The position numbers and the translations under genes are program-made. Below the pieces are notes generated by a model. The model saw only the letters and a program-made list of their open reading frames with translations. It was not told the origin of the DNA and did no database searches. From NCBI RefSeq assembly GCF_963921235.1, contig NC_086108.1:105712001-105776000 (forward strand): 64,000 nt of DNA, given 5' to 3'. Origin of the DNA: Mobula hypostoma (Eukaryota). Every line of letters begins with the position of its first letter. Position 1 is the first letter of the stretch. Positions 50,661 through 61,554 of this stretch are shown here, one piece after another.

Positions 50661-51217
50661 TAAAGAAATAACTGCAAAGGTTGCATGTAATGGTGCTTTA
50701 TATACCTGCGGCCCTTGTTCTTCATGCTGGTAGAAGTTGTGGGTTTGGGAGATGCAGATGGAGTGTCCAGGGTGGGTAATTGCAATGCATTTTATAGGTG
50801 GATACAGAGCATCAATGGCAAACACTTACAATGACATGAGGCCACCTCGTTGCAGAGATCCAAATGAAGGTGATGGGAGGAAAGTGTAGGGGCGATGTCA
50901 GACATAAGTTTTTCATGTAGAGAGCAGTGGGTGCAGGGAACTCCATGCCAGGGGTGGTGGTAAGGGCAGATACGTTAGGGCTTTGAAAAACTTTCAGGTA
51001 GGCGTATGTTTGATAGAAAAAATGGAGGGCTATATAGGAGGGAAAGGTGAGATTGATCTTGGAATAGGTTAAAAAGTTGGCACAACATCAGGGGCCAGAG
51101 GGCCTGTACTGTGTTGTAATGCAAACAGGAATTCTGCAGATGCTGGAAATTCAAGCAACACACATCAAAGTTGCTGGTGAACGCAGCAGGCCAGGCAGCA
51201 TCTGTAGGAAGAGGTGC

Positions 51218-51253
51218 AGTCGACGTTTCAGGCCGAGACCCTTCGTCAGGACT
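51218..51253 (-). ncRNA. Minimal hammerhead ribozyme motif (left arm)
   Basis: Exact reverse complement of 54155-54190. Confidence 0.8.
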
Positions 51254-51544
51254 AACTGAAGGAAGAGTGAGTAAGGGATTTGAAAGTTGGAGGGGGAGGG
51301 GGAGATCCAAAATGATAGGAGAAGACAGGAGGGGGAGGGATGGAGCCAAGAGCTGGACAGCTGATAGGCAAAAGAGGATACGAGAGGATCATGGGACAGG
51401 AGGTCCGGGAAGAAAGGTGGGGGGGGGGACCCAGAGGATGGGCAAGAGAAATATTCAGAGGGACAGAGGGAGAAAAAGGAGAGTGAGAGAAAGAATGTGT
51501 GCATAAAAATAGTAACAGTTGGGGTACGAGGGGGAGGTGGGGCC

Positions 51545-52432
51545 TTAGCGGAAGTTAGAGAAGTCGATGTTCATGCCATCAGGTTGGAGGATACCCCGAC
51601 GGAATATAAGGTGTTGTTCCTCCAACCTGAGTGTGGCTTCATCTTTACAGTAGAGGAGGCCGTGGATAGACATGTCAGAATGGGAATGGGATGTGGAATT
51701 AAAATGTGTGGCCACTGGGAGATCCTGCTTTCTCTGGCGGAGAGAGCTTAGATGTTCAGCAAAGTGGTCTCCCAGTCTGCGTCGGGTCTCACCAATATAT
51801 AAAAGGCTACATCGGGAGCACCGGACGCAGTATATCACCCTAGTAGACTCACAGGTGAAGTGTTGCCTCACCTGGAAGGACTGTTTGGGGCCCTGAATGG
51901 TAGTGAGGGAGGGTGTAAGGGCACGTGTAGCACTTGTTCTGCTTACATGGATAAGTGCCAGGAGGGAGATCAGTGGGGAGGGATGGGGGGGACGAATGGA
52001 CAAGGGAGTTGTGTAGAGAGCGATCCCTGCGGAATGCAGAGAGCCGGGGGAGGGAAAGATGTGCTTAGTGGTGGGATCCCGTTGGAGGTGGCGGAAGTTA
52101 CGGAGAATAATATGTTGGACCTGGAGGCTGGTGGGGTGGTAGGTGAGGACCAGGGGAACCCTATTCCTAGTGGGGTGGCGGGAGGATGGAGTGAGAGCAG
52201 ATGTACGTGAAATGGGAGAGATGCGTTTAAGAGCAGAGTTGATAGTGGAGGAAGGGAAGCCCCTTTCTTTAAAAAAGGAAGACATCTCCCTCGTCCTAGA
52301 TTGAAAAGCCTCATCCTGAGAGCAGATGCGGCGGAGACGGAGGAATTGCGAGAAGGGGATGGCGTTTTTGCAAGAGACAGGGTGAGAAGAGGAATAGTCC
52401 AGATAGCTGTGAGAGTCAGTAGGCTTATAGTA
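51545..52432 (-). pseudogene. Inverted duplicate of the Penelope RT C-terminus and GIY-YIG, frameshifted
   Basis: ORF 51545..52285 matches the 453-aa ORF at both ends, with an out-of-frame middle segment. Confidence 0.9.
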
Positions 52433-52500
52433 AGCCTATACACGCTCTTAAACTTTTCGATGATTTTAAGTTCCCTGGCCCCCACCGCTTTATTTTCACC

Positions 52501-53862
52501 ATGGATGTCCAGTCCTTATATACTTCCATCCCCCATCAGGAAGGTCTCAAAGCTCTATGCTTCTTTTTGGATTCCAGACCTAATCAGTTCCCCTCTACCA
52601 CCACTCTGCTCCGTCTAGCGGAATTAGTCCTTACTCTTAATAATTTCTCCTTTGGCTCCTCCCATTTCCTCCAAACTAAAGGTGTAGCTATGGGCACCCG
52701 TATGGGTCCTAGCTATACCTGCCTTTTTGTTGGCTTTGTGGAACAACCTATGTTCCGTGCCTATTCTGGTATCTGTCCCCCACGTTTCCTTCGCTACATC
52801 GACGACTGCATTGGCGCTGCTTCCTGCACGCATGCAGAACTCGTTGACTTTATTAACTTTGCCTCCAACTTTCACCCTGCCCTCAAGTTTACCTGGTCCA
52901 TTTCCGATACCTCCCTCCCCTTTCTAGATCTTTCTGTCTCTGTCTCTGGAGACAGCTTACCCACTGATGTCTACTATAAGCCTACTGACTCTCACAGCTA
53001 TCTGGACTATTCCTCTTCTCGCCCTGTCTCTAGCAAAAATGCCATCCCCTTCTCGCAATTCCTCCATCTCCGCCGCATCTGCTCTCAGGATGAGGCTTTT
53101 CATTCTAGGACGAGGGAGATGTCTTCCTTTTTTAAAGAAAGGGGCTTCCCTTCCTCCACTATCAACTCTGCTCTTAAACGCATCTCCCCCATTTCACGTA
53201 CACCTGCTCTCACTCCATCCTCCCGCCACCCCACTAGGAATAGGGTTCCCCTGGTCCTCACCTACCACCCCACCAGCCTCCGGGTCCAACATATTATTCT
53301 CCGTAACTTCCGCCACCTCCAATGGGATCCCACCACTAAGCACATCTTTCCCTCCCCTCATCTCTCTGCATTCCGCAGGGATCGCTCCCTACGCAACTCC
53401 CTTGTCCATTCGTCCCCTCCATCCCTCCCCACTGATCTCCCTCCTGGCACTTATCCGTGTAAGCGGAACAAGTGCTACACATGCCCTTACACTTCCTCCC
53501 TTACCACCATTCAGGGCCCCAAACAGTCCTTCCAGGTGAGGCAACACTTCACCTGTGAGTCGACTGGGGTGATATACTGCGTCCGGTGCTCCCGATGTGG
53601 CCTTTTATATATTGGCGAGACCCGACGCAGACTGGGAGACCACTTTGCTGAACATCTAAGCTCTCTCCGCCAGAGAAAGCAGGATCTCCCAGTGGCCACA
53701 CATTTTAATTCCACATCCCATTCCCATTCTGACATGTCTATCCACGGCCTCCTCTACTGTAAAGATGAAGCCACACTCAGGTTGGAGGAACAACACCTTA
53801 TATTCCGTCTGGGTAGCCTCCAACCTGATGGCATGAACATCGACTTCTCTAACTTCCGCTAA
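52501..53862 (+). CDS. Penelope-like RT (C-terminal part) plus GIY-YIG endonuclease, 5'-truncated
   Basis: MDVQSLYTSIP, GVAMGTRMGPSY, LRYIDD, LPFLD, YYKPT, YLDYSSS, Cys-rich linker CKRNKCYTC, GVIYCVRCSRCGLLYIGETRRRL. Open for 453 aa but lacks the RT N-terminus, so it is unlikely to be functional alone. Confidence 0.92.
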   Translation: MDVQSLYTSIPHQEGLKALCFFLDSRPNQFPSTTTLLRLAELVLTLNNFSFGSSHFLQTKGVAMGTRMGPSYTCLFVGFVEQPMFRAYSGICPPRFLRYIDDCIGAASCTHAELVDFINFASNFHPALKFTWSISDTSLPFLDLSVSVSGDSLPTDVYYKPTDSHSYLDYSSSRPVSSKNAIPFSQFLHLRRICSQDEAFHSRTREMSSFFKERGFPSSTINSALKRISPISRTPALTPSSRHPTRNRVPLVLTYHPTSLRVQHIILRNFRHLQWDPTTKHIFPSPHLSAFRRDRSLRNSLVHSSPPSLPTDLPPGTYPCKRNKCYTCPYTSSLTTIQGPKQSFQVRQHFTCESTGVIYCVRCSRCGLLYIGETRRRLGDHFAEHLSSLRQRKQDLPVATHFNSTSHSHSDMSIHGLLYCKDEATLRLEEQHLIFRLGSLQPDGMNIDFSNFR

Positions 53863-54154
53863 GGCCCCACCTCCCCCTCGTACCCCATCTGTTACTTATT
53901 TTTATGCACACATTCTTTCTCTCACTCTCCTTTTTCTCCCTCTGTTCCTCTGAATATACCTCTTGCCCATCCTCTGGGTCACCCCCCTTGTCTTTCTTCC
54001 CGGACCTCCTGTCCCATGATCCTCTCGTATCCCCTTTTGCCTATCACCTGTCCAGCTCTTGGCTCTATCCCTCCCCCTCCTGTCTTCTCCTATCATTTTG
54101 GATCTGCCCCTCCCCCCCCAACTTTCAAATCCCTTACTCACTCTTCCTTCAGTT

Positions 54155-54190
54155 AGTCCTGACGAAGGGTCTCGGCCTGAAACGTCGACT
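54155..54190 (+). ncRNA. Minimal type I hammerhead ribozyme motif in the Penelope 3' UTR
   Basis: AGTC-CTGACGA-A-GGGT-CTCG-GCCT-GAAA-C-GTC-GACT; predicted cleavage after C54186. Confidence 0.82.
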
Positions 54191-54508
54191 GCACCTCTTT
54201 CTACAGATGCTGCCTGGCCTGCTGCGTTCACCAGCAACTTTGATGTGTGTTGCCTGTGTTGTAATGTTCTATATTCTAGTGAAAGGGATTATCCTCCAAG
54301 CATTTAACCTCTAAAGTAGGGGTTCCCTATCTGGGGTTCTCAGACTCCTTGCTTAATGATATTGGTCTATGTATAAATGAAGTTGTGAACCTCTGCTCCA
54401 AAGAAATCTTGGAATCTAATATTTTTTGATAAAATCATCTTTCTTTCTCATATTTACAATGATTTTTATACTTAGCTCCAGCTCAATCTACATCCAATAG
54501 CTGGATAT

Positions 54509-55036
54509 ACACACAGGAGGCCACTTTTTTGGTGTACCTGTACACCTGCTCATTAATGCAAATATCAATCAGCCAATCACGTGGCAGCAACTCAATGCCG
54601 AAAAGCATGCAGACATGGTCAAGAGGTTCAGTTGTTGTTCAGACCAAACATCAGAATGGGTATGTAATGTGACCGAAGTGACTTTGACTGTGTAATGATT
54701 GTTGGTGCCAGACAGGGTGGTTTGAGTATCTCGGAAACTGCTCATCTGTTGGGATTTTCCCATTCAACAGACTCTAGAGTTTACAGAGAGTGATGTGAAA
54801 AACAAAAAGGATCCAGTGAAAGACAGTTCTGTGGATGAACAAACATTTTTAATGAGAGAGGTCAGAGGAGAATAATCAAACTGATTCAAGGTGACAGCAA
54901 CACAAATGTCTACACGTTATAACAATGGTGTGCAGAAGAACATCTCTGAATGCACAGCACCTTGAATCTTGAAGTGGATGGGCTACAACAGCAAAAGACC
55001 AGAGACATACACTCAGTGGTCACTTTATTAAGTACA
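54509..55036 (+). mobile_element. Tc1-like non-autonomous DNA transposon
   Basis: Starts at a decayed TA-cac...ggccacttt terminus, then cacctgctcattaatgcaaatatcaatcagccaatcacgtggcagc; colinear with 31711-33273. Confidence 0.8.
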
Positions 55037-55039
55037 GAA

Positions 55040-55395
55040 AGCTATTGTTAGAATTTTAAGCAAAGGAATTATAATAAGTGCAAGGTATGCTTAACCTTGA
55101 GGTCAGATTTGATGTTTCTTACTGAAAATTGACATGTAAACACTTGGTTTCTGTGTCATCATTTTTGACCTCGAAGAATCTCAAATTGCTTTACAGCAAT
55201 TCAGATACTTCATGTTGCTAAGAGAAATGTTAGCCGTATACAAAAAAATCTCACAAATGGCAGCAAGGGTGACTTGATATTCAGAACTGGTGATATTATA
55301 CTGGACTTCAACTTACAATAAGAAACATCAAATCTGACCTCAAAGTCAAACAGACTGCACGCTTAATTTCTTGGTTTAAATTTCTAACAATAGCT
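55040..55395. repeat. Long imperfect inverted repeat (arms about 90 bp)
   Basis: AGCTATTGTTAGAA (55040-55053) pairs with 55382-55395, and a perfect 25-mer at 55097-55121 pairs with 55319-55343. Confidence 0.92.
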
Positions 55396-55676
55396 GCCAT
55401 ATATTCACTGGCCACATTATTAGGTACCTCCTATGTGCCCAAGCTGCTGGAGGGAGAGTCCGGAGATGTACCAGTTGGTAGATTAATTGATCATTGTAAA
55501 TTGTCCCATGATTAGGCTAGGGTTCAGTTGGGGATTGCTGTGCAGTGTGGCTCGAAGGGCTGGAAGGGGAAATTCCACGAAATATCTCTAAATAAAATAA
55601 AATAATTGTGTTAACCACTGAACAAAGTCTGTGCTATATAAGGCACAAAAGACTCAATGTGCATTTAATTCTTCCA

Positions 55677-56180
55677 GGCCTGGAAAAGAAGGGAGAAGAT
55701 CACAATAAGTAGGTGGGGAGAGGTGAAGGAGTACAAGCTGGCAGGTGATGGGTAAAACCAGGTGAGGGGGAAGATGGTTAGGTGGATGAAGCAGGATGTA
55801 GTTTGATGCTGGGAGGAGGAAGTAGGCAGAGGTAAAGGGCTGATGAAGAAAGACACTGATAGGAGAGGACAGTGGAACATGGAAGAAAGGAATGAGGAAG
55901 GGTGCCAGAGGAAGTTGATAGGTGAAGAAAAGAGAGGGAGTGCAAGGGGAGCCAAAATGGGAATGTAAAAAGAGAGAAGGACGGAAGAGAGAGATATTTT
56001 CAGAAGTTCATGTATCAGGTTGGAGGCTATCCATTGAATATGAAGTGTTTCACGTCCAATTTGAGTTTATCCTCATCATGGCAAAAGAGAAGGCCATGGA
56101 CCAACATGTCAGAATGGGAAGGGGAAGTCAATATGAAATGAATGGCCACTGGGAGATCCTGTCCTTTGTGGTGAACAGAC
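55677..56180 (-). mobile_element. Penelope 3' end remnant
   Basis: ORF 56027..56278: QDLPVAIHF, SHSDMLVHGLLFCHDE; purine-rich tail. Confidence 0.85.
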
Positions 56181-56479
56181 CCAGTATAGACCCAGAGCTG
56201 AAAATGTTCTTCATAAGTTAATCCTTTCATTACCCTGACCATTCTTGTAATCCTCTGGATCCTCTCCAATGCTAGCATATATTTTCTTAGATAAGGGGCC
56301 CAAATCTGCTCATTATAATTCCAAATGTCGTCTGAGCAATGCCTTATAAAACCTCAGTTTGTATTCAACCCACAATAAAAGATAACATTCTGAATTTTTT
56401 TTAAGCTCAAGCTGGTAAAACCTGAGGTATAGGCAACGTGAAGCATGCTCATTTCTCAGTTGCTAGGAACTTTCGGACT

Positions 56480-57562
56480 ATTCTGGTGGTGTTTAGTATT
56501 AGACAATAGACAATAGGTGCAGGAGTAGGCTATTCAGCCCTTCGAGCCAGCACCACCATTCACTGTGATCATGGCTGATCATCCACAATCTGTACCCTTT
56601 TCCTGCCTTCTCCCCATATCCCTTCACTCCACTATCTTTAAGAGCTCTATCTAACACTTTTTGTAAGAATCCAGAGAATTGGCCTCCACTGCCTTCTGAG
56701 GCAGAGCATTCCACAGAACCACAACCCTCTGTGTGAAAAAGTTTTTCCTCAACTCCATTCTAAATTGTCTACCCCTTTTCTTAAACTGTGGCCTCTGGTT
56801 CTGGACTCCCCCAACATCGGGAACATATTTCCTGCTTCTAGCGTATCCAATCCCTTAATAATCTCATATGTTCCAATCAGATCCCCTCTCATCCTTCTAA
56901 ATTCCAGTGTATGCAACCCCAGTCACTTCAATCTTTCAACATATGACAGTCCCTCCATCCCGGGAATTAAAGATATTGTGAGAATATCTCCCTGCATGTT
57001 AAAATCTCCCATAACAACCGTAGAATTAACTTTGCGACACAATAATTTTAACTCTTGATTTAATTTGCACCCTATATCCAGGCTACTGTTTGGGGTCCTG
57101 TAGATAACTCCCATCAGGGTCCTTTTGCCCTTACAGTTTCTCAGTTCTATCCATACTGACTCTACATCTCCTGATTCTATGTCCCCCCTCGCAAGTGACT
57201 GAATTTCATTGCTCACCAACAGAGCCACTCCACCCCCTCTGCCAACCTGTCTGTCCTTTCGATAGGATGTATATCCCTGAATATTCATTTCCCAGCCCTG
57301 GTCCTCTTGCAGCCATGTCTCTGTTATTCCTACAACATCATACTTGCCAATTTCCAACTGAGCCTCAAGCTCATCCACTTTATTTCTTATACTTCGTGCA
57401 TTCATACGTAATACTTTTAATCCTTTCAAAGTAATACTTCTACTCCCCTCACCTTTCACATCGATTCCTATTGCACTTGCCCATACTCTCCGATCCCTTC
57501 CTGATCTTTCTGTCCCTTTAATTCTGTTGTCTTTCTTAACTTTTCTTATTCTCTCATTCCCT
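56480..57562 (-). mobile_element. Internally deleted CR1: APE endonuclease N-terminus joined to the ORF2 C-terminus and 3' UTR
   Basis: ORF 56923..57459: LRMNARSIRNK, VVGITETWL, GGGVALLV, VIYRTP, MGDFN, then directly LIPGMEGLSYVERL; (ATTGTCT)n tail at 56480-56495. Confidence 0.92.
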
Positions 57563-57786
57563 TTAACTCAATATCTTTAGGTATTGTGGCTTTCTGAAGA
57601 TTTTTACATAGATATTGCTGTATTGGCCTAATTGTTTAATGCTATTGTGTAGTGCTTTTGGGGTGATGCCAGTTGTAGATATTACTATCGGGACAACGTG
57701 TACCCTGTTCATGTCCCAAAGTCTTTCAATTTCTTCTTTTAATTCAGCATTTTTCTGGTGTTTTTTCACTTACTGATTTCTGTAGG
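57563..57786 (-). mobile_element. R4/Dong-like 3' fragment
   Basis: ORF 57563..57769: AELKEEIERLW, VVPIVISTTG; inverted homolog of about 59935-60160. Confidence 0.8.
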
Positions 57787-57914
57787 TTATTATTATTATT
57801 TCTGTTTTCCTTTCTTCTGTGTTTGCACAGTTTGTTGTTTTTTGCACACTGGTTCCCTACCCTTTTGATGAGGTCTTTCATTGATTCTATTATTGTTATT
57901 TGACTTATTGAATA

Positions 57915-60250
57915 ATAGTAATAATAACATTACTGAAAAAGTGGCTGAATTTTTGACAGAAGGTAAAACATATCTTTTACCTGAAGGGGAAATCACAAAA
58001 GATCCATCAAAATGTCACCCTATTACTTGTTTACAAACTGTAAATAAAATTGAAACATGATATATCTCACAACTAATCACCACTCAATTAGGTAACCACG
58101 ATATACTTACAGAAGAGTAGAAAGGATGCCGCAAGGGTATGAAGGGATGTAAAGGGCGGCTGATAATAGATTCTGTAATTCTAAATCAAGCCCAGAAGAA
58201 AACCAGAAATCTTTCATGTTGTTATTTTGACTACCAAAAAGCATTTGATTCTGTCCCACACGCATAGTTAACAGAAGTTCTTAATATATATCAACTACAC
58301 CCAATACTTGTGGAATTACTTCAACATTTGATGAGTATTGGCATATGATAATCACCCTATCTATTAACAATCAAAACAAAACAACCACCATTGTCAAAGT
58401 AAACCAAAGAATTTTCCAGGGTGACAATCTAAGCCCACTCTGGTTCTTCCTAGCTTTAAACCGGCTCTCTAATTGACCGAATCAGATGAAAATTGAGAAT
58501 CAAATCAGAAACAATGAAATGGGCTATACTTTAACATACCTTCTGTAGGTGGATGATTTGAAATTATATGCTCCTTCATCAGTAAAGTTAAAGCAATTAA
58601 TTCAAATAGTGGAGCGATTTTCAAAAGATATAAACATGAACTTTGGATTAGATATAAAGACATCTGTTAGTCTTGTGAGACCATGGATCTGCGCCTGGAA
58701 AGTCTTCACTCTCCAGAGCACAGGCCTGGGCAAGGTTGTATGGAAGACCAGCAGTTGCCCATGCTACAAGTCTCCCCTCTCCACGACACCAATGTTGTCC
58801 AAGGGAAGGGTATTAGACCCATACAGCTTGGCACCAGTGTCGTCGCAGAGCAATGTGTGATTAAGTGCCTTGCTCAAGGACACAACACGCTCCCTCGGCT
58901 GGGGCTCGAACTCACGACCTTCAGGTAGCTAGTCCAATGGATTAGATAAGTGCAGGACATTAAATATAAAGAAAGGTGCAATAGAGCTAATAGAACACAA
59001 AGCACAGCAGCAGAATACAATACAACCGATGGATGAACATGAAACATATACGTATCTGGGATATCAACAAGCAAAGAAAATGGATCGTAGTGCGATAAAC
59101 GAAAAACTTTTGTCAGAATTTACTTCAAGGTTTGAGAAAATCTGCCATACAGAGCTCAGTAGTAAAAATATAACAAGGACAATAAACACTTTTGCTGCAC
59201 ATATATTAATGTATTCTTTTGGTGTAATATCTTGGTTCAAAACTGATCTGGAAAATTTACAAAGAAAAATAACTGAAATAACAAATTTCAGAAAACAATA
59301 CGTACTCTCGAATATGCTTAGATTAACATTATCTAGGATAGGAGGAGGAAGAGGAATAATAGACATTAAAAATTACACAATGGTCAGATAAAACTTCCAA
59401 AAATATATTTTCATCAACGAAAATAGGATTGAGCACTCCACCTAACTAGATGTTGACAAGGAAGCATTGAACACCTGGCACAGAGTTGGAGACCACCTCC
59501 TTCCAAAAAACAGAAGGGTTCCTTGTGGCAAAACAGGACCGAGTGGTTAACACACAAAAAAAATCAAAAATAATTAATAAAAGAACAACAAATTCAAGAC
59601 AATAAATGCAGAAAATGCCAAGAGAAACCAGAAACAATCCAACACATTACAGGACCCTGCAGCAGTTTAACTCAATCTGATTACTTATAGTCACAATCGA
59701 GTGGCTAACATCATTCACTAAAATCTTGCTTTAAAATACAAGCTCTGAAAAGAAACCATACAGTACTATAAATACAAACCTGATCCAGTTTTAGAGTCAG
59801 CTTTGGAGTACCACAAATTGTATTTTGAATGATACATTGTTACAGTTAGGACAATCCATAGTAACCATCTAGTAATACAGTATAAACAAGCAAGAGTAAC
59901 TTACTTAATAGATATAGCCATTCCAAAAACACGTAACATACAGAAATCAAAAATACCAGAAATATGCTGAATTAAAAAAGGAAATTGAAAAACTATGGAA
60001 CATGAACAGTGGACAAATTGGATTCTTCCAATTGTCCCAATAGTAATACCTAAAACTGCCATCATCCCAAAGTCACTACACAATAGGATTAAACAATTAG
60101 GGCTACACAGCAATATCTATGTAAATCTTCAGAAAGCCACAATACTGAACACACTAGAATAGTCCAAATGTTCCTTGCAATTGCGGAATGAGTGTGTTTG
60201 GCCCATACCTCAGGTTTTAATTGTTTGAGCTGAGAAAAAATAAAAATATA
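57915..60250 (+). mobile_element. R4/Dong-like non-LTR retrotransposon (RT plus restriction-like endonuclease), 5'-truncated and decayed
   Basis: Translated pieces: FLTEGKTYLLP, PITCL, KGCRKGMKGCK, DYQKAFDSVPH, IFQGDNLSPLWF, DDLKLYA, FGLDKC, YTYLG, CRKCQEKPETIQHITG (CCHC-type), LIDIAIP, VPIVI, LQKATIL. Many stops and frameshifts. Confidence 0.85.
58655..58937 (-). mobile_element. tRNA-derived SINE inserted in the Dong-like RT
   Basis: Same family as 36907-37195; perfect 11-bp TSD TGGATTAGATA (58644-58654, 58938-58948). Confidence 0.93.
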
Positions 60251-60254
60251 ATAA

Positions 60255-61080
60255 TAAAAAATAAAGAATAAATATCAAGAACATGAGATAAGGTGTCCTT
60301 GAAAGTAAGTGCATAGGGTGTGTTGGAACAGTTCAGTGATGGGCCAACTTAAGTTATGGGAAGTTATCTGCTCTGGTTCAAGACCCTGATGATTGAGGGT
60401 TAATGGCTGTTCATGAACCTGGTGGTGTGATTTCTGGGGCTCCTGTACCTTCTTCCTGATAGCAGCAGCAAGAAGAAAGTGTGACCTGGATGGTGGGTGC
60501 CTCTGATGATGGACGTTGCTTTCTCACAACCACACTCCGTGTATCTGTGCTCAGTGGTAGGAAAGGTTTTACCCGTGATGGACTGGGCCATATTCACTAT
60601 TTTTTGCAGGATTTTCCATTCAAGGGCATTGGTGTTTCCATGCCAGACTGTGATACAGCTAGTCAATATACTCTCCATTACACATTCATGGAAATCTGTC
60701 AAAGTTTCAGATAACATGCCAAATCTTCACAAACTTTTAAGGAAGTTGAGGCACGGCCGTGATTCCTTCATAATTGCACTCACATGCAGGGCCTCTGAAG
60801 CCAGATTTTCAATCTCCGTCCTATATGCTAATTTGTCACCACCTTTGATTCTGCCAATGACAACTGTGTCGTCAGCAAACTTAAGTATAGCAGTGGAGCC
60901 GTGCATATGTGATACAGTCATAAACGTACAGCGAGCAGACCAGGAGACGAAGCATACAGACTTGTGCTGTAGGAGATTGTGGAGGAGATGTTGTTCCCAA
61001 TCTGAACTGACTGGGGTCTGCAAGTGAGTAAATCAAGAACCCTATTGTACACGGAGGTATTGAGGCGAAGGTCCTGAGTG
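60255..61080 (-). mobile_element. Rex1/Babar fragment, degenerate
   Basis: ORFs 60727..61023 (ILKFADDTVVIGRI) and 60400..60717 (ESILTSCITVWHG, LLSGRRYRS). Confidence 0.88.
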
Positions 61081-61554
61081 CATGAAAATTGTCCAGAACA
61101 TGTCTAAGAATCCAATTTGATTACAGCTATTTCTATTTCTCATATTCCTAGTTTTGTCTGTCAAGCTTTGATTCGGTTGACTTTGTCCATATTTCCTGTT
61201 GCTAACATAATCAAGGATCCCTCCCATCCTGGTCATTACTTCTGCACTTGTCTCCCATTGGGGAGATGTTGCAAAGCTCGAGAACATGAACGACTAGATC
61301 AAAGGACAACTTTTATCCTCGTACTTGAATGGGCCTGTCAAAGTCCCACACCATCCCGATGTGGATCTGTATACTTCTACTTCATCTCTATGGGGTCCAT
61401 CAACTTACGTTGTTATACAACAAGGAAACAGGCCCTTCGGCCCAACTTGTTCATGCCAACCAAGTTCCCCGTCTGATCCATCATCCTGAAGTTCTGATAT
61501 ATCCTCCACAAGGAGTTTCTTAGTAGTGTGGAGTAACAGGGGAATACATTGGTA

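Larger units (their letters stand above)
51122..54253. mobile_element. Young Penelope-like retroelement, inverted (head-to-head) insertion with a 13-bp TSD
   Basis: 51155-52432 is the reverse complement of 52972-54253; TSD CTGTGTTGTAATG at 51109-51121 and 54254-54266, inside a CR1 tail. Confidence 0.95.

Noticed and set aside
52501..53862. Domesticated RT/GIY-YIG or telomerase-like host gene
   Set aside because: 5'-truncated, inside a TSD-flanked young insertion, with many decayed paralogs nearby.
57563..57915. Twin-priming inversion of the Dong-like element
   Set aside because: The inverted piece duplicates the 3' region instead of supplying upstream sequence, and an unrelated repeat tail separates the two.
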